Assembly (NCBI GenBank): GCA_000697335.1
Contig: JNEM01006228.1
Span: forward strand, 1-33,773
Reading direction: 5' to 3'
Length of the DNA: 33,773 nt
Source: Conidiobolus incongruus B7586
Taxonomy: Eukaryota
The notes under the pieces are model-generated. The model saw nothing but the letters and a program-made list of their open reading frames with translations, did no database searches and was not told the DNA's origin. The translations under genes were made by a program, and so were the position numbers. This document shows positions 24,020 to 33,773 of the stretch, in pieces; position 1 is the stretch's first letter, and every line of letters starts with the position of its first letter.

Positions 24020-24505
24020 AATTCTAAGAATTTTTTTTTGCTAAAATAATTAGATCTAAGATTATTATTAAATAACATATATTTTATAATTTTAAAATTC
24101 TAAGAAGTTTTTAATTAATATTAATCAATTTCAAACTTAATACTTATTAAATAATTCTAAGAATTATTTATATATTTATTAAACTAAGGTGTTTAAAATT
24201 AATGATAATAAAAATGATATTCTAAATCAAATTCAATCAATTGTAATTAGTAAATCGTGATAATACCATAATATATCATCACTCCACTACCAATCTAAAT
24301 TGATTGGGAATTTTAGAATTGATTAAGGCACTCCAATGCTTTGGTAAGAGTGGATTATAAACCAGACTTATATAGATACTTATCATGCGAAAATTGTATT
24401 GAAAATTTGATTGAATAATTTCAGCGAATTTTATAATATAAAAATTCATAGAATTTGAACTAAGTACACATATATATTTATTTATTCATTTTAATTCTAA
24501 GAATT
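24020..24505. repeat. Cluster of palindromic AATTCTWAGAA(TT) motifs
   Basis: Copies at 24020, 24096, 24153 and 24493, with a fifth (reverse complement) at 26692. Confidence 0.6.
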
Positions 24506-24939
24506 TTAAATAAATTACATCAATTTTAATAAGATAATTTACCTTATAATCCAATATTTTCTTTAATAAATATTGATTCATATAATTTTATTATTCATAG
24601 TTGCTACAGTAGTTTCTCTATACTAGAATCAATATTAAACCTTAAAGCTTTTATTAATATTCCTTGAAACAAACCTGTTTAAATTAGACTAACTAAATAT
24701 GGCTAAATTCTTTTTTTGATAAGATCTATAAACAGATAATTTTCTTTACAACCCATATTATTAATATCTCCAAACTAGATAATTTTAAAAAATATTGTGG
24801 AAATGAGACTTGATAATGGTATAAGTCATTAGAGGAAATTATTTCCATTCAAAACACTTAAACAATAAATATATTTGATTAATCTTTTTTTCGCAGATTT
24901 TAATATCCGGCTTGCAATGCATAAATTTAAATTATAATC

Positions 24940-25665
24940 ATGACAAGGAATTATCTTATCTGTCACTCAAGAAACTACAATTAATACACTGGGTCAAAAA
25001 GTCACTTTGGGAGTCACTTCATTTCATAAGCTAGTTTTTTCTGTCACTTTCTGAAAGAGATTTGCTTTTAACCACAAAGGTCAACAGTAACATCTAATAT
25101 CAGATTATCATCTGTTTATCTTCATTTCAATAGTAACCTATATTTCTAAGTTTTCTCATAACATTCCCAAAAATATTGAGTTGTGATAAGTGTGAGATAT
25201 TTACTTTTTTGAGAACTCAATTCACAGTAAGCTATTTTCACTTAGTTTGGTGAAACCCATCAATTTCCTGTAACTTTATGGTGAACTCTTGTTTACCACA
25301 GGCAATTCTCTGTTTAGGATCTAAAAATTTATTTTTTTTCTACATTACGATTGTCAATTACAACCATCTCTCAAAAATATAAACAGTTTGAAAATATCAA
25401 TATACATTCAATCAGATCTTTGGCCATATCTCTTTACAAACACTGTAATATTGATATTAAAAGTAATAAATATTGCGATCTCCATAATAAGTGTGAAAAT
25501 TGCTCTCTTTCAATTTTTTTTCAACCAATCATCTTTCAAATTTATAATTGTAAAAATCCAAGAAATAATAAAGAACCGATTGAGAAGTATAAGCAAAATT
25601 GATTCTTAAGGATGAGCTTAATTCACTATAATACCTAAGTACCAAGCGTAACTATAACTTTCTCC
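24940..25665 (-). pseudogene. Decayed copy 2 of the unidentified family, with an apparent hydrophobic N-terminal extension
   Basis: The minus frame reads KFLDPKQRIACGKQEFTIKLQEIDGFHQTK*K*LTVN*V../SKYLTLITTQYFWECYEK..GYY*NEDK..KVTF*PSVLIVVS*VTDKIIP and aligns with 4850-5375. The 25450-25665 part gives hydrophobic stretches (ILLILLNRFFIISWIFTII; AIFTLIMEIAIFITF), and its boundary is uncertain. Confidence 0.68.
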
Positions 25666-26530
25666 CTAATAAATAAAATAATTATTAAAATTTTAAATAT
25701 TGTACTAATAAAAACTTATTAGATCATATTAATAATAACTAAATACAAATTATATAATCAATGAAATTTAATAAAATAAAAAAATTAGTATACTGTAATT
25801 AATATTTTTAAATAAGTAGGTAAAACTTTATTAAAAGCAATTGATATTTATCTCACCTTGAATTAATATTATTGAGTTCAGAACAATTCTCATAACTGTC
25901 ATTGAGATAGCAGTAAACAACTCAAAACGTATGATAAAAAACTATTAAAAATTTAATTAATTTTAAAAAAAAAGAATAAAAATTTTTAGAATTAATAAAT
26001 AAAATTTTAATAAAGTGGAATATGTTCTTAAAAGCTACCTTTATATAGATTATCCTGAATTATTAATAAAAATAGATTAATCAATGTTTTATAATGTAAT
26101 TTATTAATTATGGCTATATAATTTAATAGTTTTTAATCTTATAATAAAATATTATAAAATTATAAGGTTATTTAAGTTAATTATATTAATTTAAAATTAT
26201 TTCATATTCTTATTAAAAATTAATTTAATTTAGAGATCAAGAATTAGTTAATTCTTAGATTGATCAACAAAAAATAATAGGATAATGTTAAATTAATATT
26301 ATAATCAAATATAATTTTGCCGATATATAATAAGAATATAATCATTTTGATTCATTATTTTAATTGGTTAATTTTGATTTCATTAAATTAATTAAAAACT
26401 AATCTAACCAATTAGCAATGAATTGTGACTATTCATTTGAAAAATTATAAAATTAAAATACTATAAAAAATAATTATATTTATGGTTTAAAATAATATTC
26501 ATAAATTAGGAAAAAACCATAATTAAATGA

Positions 26531-26552
26531 TATATATATATATATATATATA
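26531..26552. repeat. (TA)11 microsatellite
   Basis: Direct reading. Shorter (TA)n runs occur near 3102, 5857, 19855 and 20773. Confidence 0.9.
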
Positions 26553-27467
26553 ACAATTCTATAATTAAAAGTTATATTTTAATGAATTTAATAGGTTTAA
26601 TTTTTTAAATTTATTTTAAAAGTTTTAATATTCATATTTTTAATGTGAATTATCTAAAATTTTTATTTTTAATTTTTATTAAACAAAAAAAAATTCTTAG
26701 AATTTTATTCTTGATAAATATTACCTGTTGTAATAATATATATAGTACGATGTAAATTTATTGAAATTCAATTGGCTAACTAAATAATAGTTGTCAAACT
26801 CAATTTATCCACATTAATTAATTCTTAACTATATTTTTGACTTTTAAGATGAATATATATAGAAATTTCCGAATATTTGAATTCCATATGATTTTTTTAT
26901 ACTTAATATGATGATTTATAATTTAACATTGGTCAGCTATTTTAAACACTAATTAATTAGTTGATCCATATGATTTAAAATTATAAAGTTGCAATATTTT
27001 TATTAATTTTTTGTCATATATATTAAGTGCATATATTAAAGCACACATTCAATTTGAATATCAAAATACATTCAAGTAATTATTCGATATATATATTAAA
27101 AATTATCACATTGAATTGTAAAATATATCAGTAGATTATTGGATTTTGTATTCAATTTTTATTAAATTTAAACTGAAATCAAGTATTTCTCAATCATATA
27201 TATATTGATTATGCTCAATCACAATCCACTTAAATGCACAAAATTCTATTCTAAGCATAACTTATTGGATAAAATAAGTTGGATAGAATTTTGTGAGTGG
27301 ATCCCATTTTTAATTTATTCATCCAATTAATTTGTATAAAATTCCAATCCTATGGGATATTTATTCAAAATTTATAATAGATTGTAAATATTGATTGTAT
27401 CAAATATTAAAAATTCTTTTAATTATTTTTATTTTCAGTCTTGAAATATTATTAATTTGTAAATAAA

Positions 27468-30080
27468 ATGTTTTGGAGGCATAATCAGAAATCTTCACAA
27501 CTCGAGGGTGAGAATCAAGCCCAACTCGACCCTAGATCCAAACAACCAACTCTCAAGACAAGATTAATCTATTGGGTTTATTCTATAATACTGATTCTAT
27601 TCATTTTCTTGGCTTTTATACTGGTTAATAGCTCATTGGACTCTCCCAACCTTCCACCAACCAGCGATATTTATAATCCTAAAGAAGGTTTTAACGCTGT
27701 TAGAGCTCAAAAACATTTAAATACTATAGCTACTGCGCCTCATGACTGGAATAGTCCCAACAACGAAAAGGTGCTGAACTATTTATTCGATCAAGTGAAA
27801 TCGTTACAATCTAAAAGTGATCGCATATCTTATATTTATGATAACTCTACCGAAGTGGTTGTACTCGTACCTAGAAACGATAACAGTAATGTTGGTAGTT
27901 ACGCAACCTATGCCCCAGCATCCAATCTAGTTGTCCGATTTAAGGGTACCAATTCCAATGGGCGTGCCATCTTGATCAGTGCTCACTACGATTCTCGTCC
28001 TTTGAGTCGCGGTGCTTCCGATGCCGGTGTTCCCGTTTCTGTTGCATTAGAAATTTTAGAAGCTTTAATCCAAACACCAACCATTGGCCATGATGTTTTG
28101 GTGAACTTCAACAATGGTGAAGAAATGGGTTTATTGGGTTCTAGAGCCTATAAATCTCATCCCTGGTATAATGATACTGATGCATTCATTAACCTCGAGG
28201 CTTCAGGTGTAGGTGGCAAAGCTCTATTATTTCAATCATCCAATACTGCACTCGTTAATGCTTTAACTAAAGGATCATCCCATCACGCTAATGTCCTCGG
28301 CAACGATTTATTCTCCATGAGATTGTTATCAAGTTCTACAGATTATCAAATCTATACCAAGGATTTAAAAATCCCAGGTGTTGATATTGCTGTTTATCGT
28401 AATCGAGCATTTTATCATACCGTCAAAGATGATCTTGAGCACGCTCCCCTTGCTACCACTCACCATATGGGCACTTTTGCTTATCAAGGTGTTCAAAACA
28501 TTGGTCAAAAACTTTCTAGACAATTTGATCAACCTATCTACTTTGATTTATTACAGCCTTCCACTGTTGTATTCAACTTTACCACCTGCTATATACTAAT
28601 TGGTGTATTTTATATTCTCGAAATTGCCTTAGCTGTAGTCTATTGCTATAAATTCACCAATTCCAAATCATTGATTCCCCGTGGTAATTTCCTTCTCCCT
28701 ATGCTTAAAGGATTTTTAATTATTATCATTGGAGTATTATTAACTTGTTTATTCGGTTTTATTATTATCAAAATAACTGTAGTTGCTAATTCAATGGTTA
28801 TCCATACTTGGCCAGGTTTTGTATTTGTTTTATTTATTATCTTTACTGTCTGGTGTCAATTATTGACGCTTTTAATTTGGATAAAAGTGGATAAATCGCA
28901 TTCTTTGTATTATTTACAGACTTCCAGCTGGCTGGGTACTTTATTCTTGTATAATATCTTACTCATTCTTCAATTGGTAATTCATATTTTGAGATTATCA
29001 TTATTGTTCTTTGTCGTCATTCAAGCCTGGTGTTTACTTTTTGGGTTTGCAATCTATATCTTTTTGAGTCCTAATATCGATTTGCCTAGTAAAGATTCGC
29101 CATCACTTACCCGTGCTGAATTGGAACCTAAGACTATTTGGCACTTTATTCAACCATTCGCTAGTTTCATTGTTAATTTCTTTTTTGGTGCCATTGTGAT
29201 TTTTAGTATTGGTTACCCATTAGTGTTAGCAATCAACCAAGGTGCACCTACAGGCACTTGGCCATATCTACCTTACATCATTTGTGTGTTGTTTACAACC
29301 TTGGCTTGTTTACCATTAGGCCCTAATTTGTTAGCAACACGCAATATGCTACTCATCTTCCTTTTGGCGACTGTTGTGTTCATCATTATCTGGCCCATCT
29401 TATTAACCCGATTTCCTTACTCTGAATCATCCCCTCTCCCCATTTATTTCAATCATGTGATTGAATTAGAGCCCAACAATTTGAATGCTACAACATCATT
29501 GGTGAGCTTAACAATTTCTAGAAAGACCAACCAAATCCTTGATGCTTTACAACGCAAGCCCGTTAAAATGGATTTGGATGTTCTCAAAGGCCAGAGTACT
29601 TTTGATACTGCTTATTTAGACGGCAAATTCCCAGAATTGCCCAACTACCAAAACTACCGCCCTAAAGTATCCAACTATACCCGAGCGAACGAAGATACTC
29701 ACCAACTCGAAGTGGAATTCCACGCACCCGAATCCAAGGTGTGTCGTCTAGACTTCCCCCGGCCCGTTCGAAACCTCCAAGTCGCACACGTCACCTCTAA
29801 TTATGTAACCATAGTTGGCCCTTCGGCTGCCGATTCCACTTTGGATTTCATTCGCTTATTTCGTAATGACAACCAACGCCCATGGAAATTAAAGTTCCAA
29901 TATACCCATAATGCTACCAATCCCTGGGAATTCGATTTGGTGGCTAAATGTTATCTCGAACGTAACATCGAGCTACAATCTGTTTTAGATTCTCTTCCAC
30001 CTTGGGCCACTTTGAACAATTTGGAACCTGGAACAATTGAAGTTAAAACTAATTATAATTTAAAACTCAACAATAATTAA
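27468..30080 (+). CDS. M28 family multi-pass membrane zinc metallopeptidase (Pff1/ERMP1-like), copy B, 870 aa, intronless
   Basis: Full-length paralog of copy A with the same HYDS/GASDAG/GEEMGL/NLEASG/YHT motifs and topology. Confidence 0.94.
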   Translation: MFWRHNQKSSQLEGENQAQLDPRSKQPTLKTRLIYWVYSIILILFIFLAFILVNSSLDSPNLPPTSDIYNPKEGFNAVRAQKHLNTIATAPHDWNSPNNEKVLNYLFDQVKSLQSKSDRISYIYDNSTEVVVLVPRNDNSNVGSYATYAPASNLVVRFKGTNSNGRAILISAHYDSRPLSRGASDAGVPVSVALEILEALIQTPTIGHDVLVNFNNGEEMGLLGSRAYKSHPWYNDTDAFINLEASGVGGKALLFQSSNTALVNALTKGSSHHANVLGNDLFSMRLLSSSTDYQIYTKDLKIPGVDIAVYRNRAFYHTVKDDLEHAPLATTHHMGTFAYQGVQNIGQKLSRQFDQPIYFDLLQPSTVVFNFTTCYILIGVFYILEIALAVVYCYKFTNSKSLIPRGNFLLPMLKGFLIIIIGVLLTCLFGFIIIKITVVANSMVIHTWPGFVFVLFIIFTVWCQLLTLLIWIKVDKSHSLYYLQTSSWLGTLFLYNILLILQLVIHILRLSLLFFVVIQAWCLLFGFAIYIFLSPNIDLPSKDSPSLTRAELEPKTIWHFIQPFASFIVNFFFGAIVIFSIGYPLVLAINQGAPTGTWPYLPYIICVLFTTLACLPLGPNLLATRNMLLIFLLATVVFIIIWPILLTRFPYSESSPLPIYFNHVIELEPNNLNATTSLVSLTISRKTNQILDALQRKPVKMDLDVLKGQSTFDTAYLDGKFPELPNYQNYRPKVSNYTRANEDTHQLEVEFHAPESKVCRLDFPRPVRNLQVAHVTSNYVTIVGPSAADSTLDFIRLFRNDNQRPWKLKFQYTHNATNPWEFDLVAKCYLERNIELQSVLDSLPPWATLNNLEPGTIEVKTNYNLKLNNN

Positions 30081-30692
30081 TTAACCAGTTTTTTAATAAC
30101 TTTTAATAAATTTTAACTTGTCTTCAACATCTATACTTTTGAAAAATTTAATAATAAAATTAAATAATTGAATACAAGATTCAATAATTGGTATTATTTA
30201 TTCATAATTGAAATAAATGAAATAACTTTTTTAATATTTGATAAATACAACTATAAAAATATCAAGACAAATAATTGTAAAAAAATTTGCTATTTATATG
30301 TTAAATAAACAATTGCTTCGATATAATATAAAAAAAATACAAAAACCGATTATTTTATTGAATTTATTACCATATATTTATATAATAAAAGAAATCCAAC
30401 TATTAGAATATATTTTATAAATATTTCAATTTAATTTGATTATCTTTTATAAAAATTTTACTTTAATAGATTTTAAAAGATATTTAAATTGATCAACAAA
30501 ACTTAAGAGATTGAATGTGTACATTAACAATTTTTTATACTTTTTGAAAAAGCCTGTATTACATAAAATGCGTTGTTTTTTGAAATATAATATAATCATA
30601 ACTAGTTTAATTTACATATGAATATCAAATATAATATAATATATATTTGAAACGATTTATTAAAATAAATGGATTTTAAAACAATATTATGA

Positions 30693-31667
30693 TTAAAATT
30701 CTTCATTATGGCGTTGAAGTTCCAATTGAGCATCATCATTTCTAGTATTCCTTCCTATTAAACAATATTTTAATATTAATTAAAAATAATTATACTCAAT
30801 TTACTTACCATGATACCAATTAAATACTTTACGTTTTGCAGAGTGAATCGAGTCCCAAACAGCTGGATCGATAGCAAAAGCGATTAAAGTCAAAACACCA
30901 TTAAATCCATTCATAACACTATTAGCAATAAACAAATTCAAGGGGGGCTTCGGAGAAAATATGTTCCAATATTGAAGTACTGTTTCGACAGTCAGAGTTA
31001 TAACGGTTGCAAGAGGATACAAAAACGATCTTTTAGCTCTTTTAGTTCTGTTCAATTTAAATGCCATTTGATTGGATTCCCCTTGAATTTTTCTATTGGA
31101 GTAAGTACTGATCCAGTGAGACATGGATTTATGGCCTGCATAAGTTACATATACTCCAGATACTATAGCCAACAAACTGAACGTACCAGAAATTCCAAAT
31201 CCTATACGATTATTTAGCCAGGTATCAGATCCAGGATTACAGGAGATTTTTCCCTTGGTATCGGTATAAAATCCCAAAAAGTGACAAATCGTCATTAAGA
31301 CACCAATACCCAATAAAATGCAAAACCAAACGATTAACTCGTAATGAAAAGATGCCTTTTTCAATTTGACAATGGCACGATAAAGATGATAAGAGATTGC
31401 CAGATTACTAAATACATATAATAAACGACCAAAAGTACAATATATGATAATATTTTCACAATAGGGAGTACCAAGGTATTTCTTAGTGCCGATGCCGATG
31501 AATGCACCAGAATGGGATATTAAATCAGCGATTGCTATACTGCATATTAACCTTACAGTTACTCTATTAACATTCTTTAAATCGATTAAAGCCAATATTA
31601 ACAAAGTGAAAAGTACTAGGGACGAACATGTCATCCCAATTATATGAATAATTTTAGATACTTGCAT
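30693..31667 (-). CDS. 7TM GPCR-like protein, copy B, 2 exons, 306 aa
   Basis: Exon 1 is 31667-30809, followed by a 54-nt GTAAGT..TAG intron at 30808-30755. Exon 2 (30754-30693) encodes GRNTRNDDAQLELQRHNEEF*, which aligns with the copy A tail GRGEAANNEVTMDLRRQADDF*. Confidence 0.88.
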
Positions 31668-33773
31668 ACTAAATCAATTTTTCAATTTTTAAAATTATTG
31701 AAAATAGTTTAACTAGAAGAATCCATAATATTTATATATAAAATGTTTCATATAATTGAATCATAATTGGTAATCAACATTAAAGTTAATAGATTTATTA
31801 GCTCCATAATATCAATTGAAATTCTTCTCACAACTTTGTGGATTTTTAAAATAACTTGTAATATATTCAATCGGTTAATTGAAAAATAATTTGATTCAAT
31901 AATAAAAATATTTTTATTTTGAAATTAAATTTAATATTCAATTCAAAAATTTTTTTTCACTTTTAATTTATCATTGCATTCAATAGAATATTGAGATATG
32001 ATCTCAAATTATCATATTTTTATCTGCTATTAGATTAATATTAAACTTTTCTGACTATCAAAATATGTTAATTATTAAAAAATTGTGCATGACAGAGCAT
32101 TATTAGACATTGTGACTTTAGTTATTACAATTTATATAATGATATAATTTATTGAATTTAGAATAAAATTGTGAAACTCAAGAAATCATGATGTATTCAT
32201 TGACTGAACAATTTATTCATTTCTACTCAAATTTTATTAACCAATTTATAATTTGATATATATTAAAACAATTACAGTATATCTATTTACATTAGGGAAT
32301 ATACTTGCTCATTTTGAAGTTTAGCTAAGGCAATATTTATAATAAAATACCTAATCTTACTAAGACTAAAAGTCTTTTATTATAACGATCAGAGTGAAAT
32401 GAATTTTTTCTCATCATATACCAAAACTTCTATGTAGAATGTATTTCGATTTGCAGAACGATAACCAAAACTAGCTTTTTTATTCAGAATACATATATGG
32501 TATTCAACTGATTCTTTGTTAAACATTTGGGGTAGCTCAATAAAAGAAATTATATCAAATTAACCAAAATATTGTGTTTGATTTGATTAATTTGGTTAAA
32601 CTAGCATATAGTATTCTTTTTTAAAATAAAGCACAGTAGATAAAAGTATGATATCTAATTTTCTTCAGAAGACACTTTGAAACATTCACAGCAGTTATAT
32701 TGTTATTTTAAACACGTGTTTTTTAGCTCTATTAATATTATTTTTTATCTTATTTTCAAGTATATTCTAATTACTTTGCCACTTTATTCATGCTTTATTA
32801 AAAATTGATATTTAACAATGAACATGAGTGACCTTTATTTCAAATTAAATTTTATGAACCACATTTTCAAATGGTCAACTGGAATAGATTGATATCTTAC
32901 TGGATTTTGAATGATTAATGAAAATATTAAAATAATGGATATATAATAGATGTGGCAAAAAACGAATTGGCAGAATAATATTTTCTATTACTCAATTATT
33001 ATACAAAAAAGTAAAAAAGTTAAATTATTTATAACTATAATTATATTTAGTTATTAATTTCAAATTTAAAATATATTATAATAATATTTCAAATCAATAT
33101 TAATTGTTAATAAATATATTCAAAATTTAAATCCATTACATTCTCATTTACAATGGATATAAAATAACAAAAACTAGTTTATAATTTGATGGTGGGTCCA
33201 TAATATATAATGGCCAAGTATTTACACTATGAAATATAATTTTCATAAATATTTTAAATCAATTGATATGTTAATCCAATTTAACTAAATATAAAAATTA
33301 TTTTAAATTTATTTCCAAATTTGATAACAATTATCAGAATTATTTTTTAATATGTCAAATTGTAAAATTTTATTTCGGAATTATATTTTAAATTATTAGG
33401 GTTTAATAACATAATTATCAAAATTGTTATATAATTTGTTTGGTATGTATTATATAACTATATTTTATCATATGATATGAAATTTGATTAATATATTTGC
33501 CTCAGATAATTTTATAATTATATTAAATAAATTATATAAGTGTTATTTCTAAAGTTTAATAGTTAATTATAATAGTTTTTGAATAATATAAAAAATATAG
33601 ATATTTATTTAATAATTTATAATACTATTATTATATAAATTGCAATATTTTAATTTATATATATTTTATTTAATATTTCAATATATAAATAATTTAAGTT
33701 ATAAATTTAATTTTATAACTTTGTATTTTCCTTATTTTTAGTAATATATTTATATATAATATTTATAAAATAT

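Noticed and set aside
32553..32600. Small imperfect inverted repeat (atcaaattaaccaaa / tttgattaatttggt)
   Set aside because: Short and AT-rich with no TSD or second copy, so likely chance.

Overview
Very AT-rich eukaryotic DNA with short GT-AG introns (about 43-58 nt). The gene content and intron style suggest an early-diverging fungus, possibly Entomophthorales such as Conidiobolus (inference only). Intact genes, which I spliced by hand: a 5-exon glyoxylate/hydroxypyruvate reductase, SED5 (syntaxin-5), PCF11, two intronless M28 (Pff1/ERMP1-like) membrane metallopeptidases in inverted orientation, and two 7TM cAMP-receptor-like GPCR paralogs. The ORF track misses four things. (i) A second reductase copy is a pseudogene split by a 1291-bp fossil mariner transposon with a TA duplication, degenerate TIRs and DD34D-type motifs. 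(ii) Two decayed copies of an unidentified protein family lie 20 kb apart, one joined in frame to the reductase pseudogene. (iii) A 333-bp near-identical tract covers much of the M28 catalytic core. (iv) The two GPCRs differ by one precisely placed intron. Peptidase and GPCR genes occur twice as neighbours. No rRNA, tRNA or CRISPR was seen.
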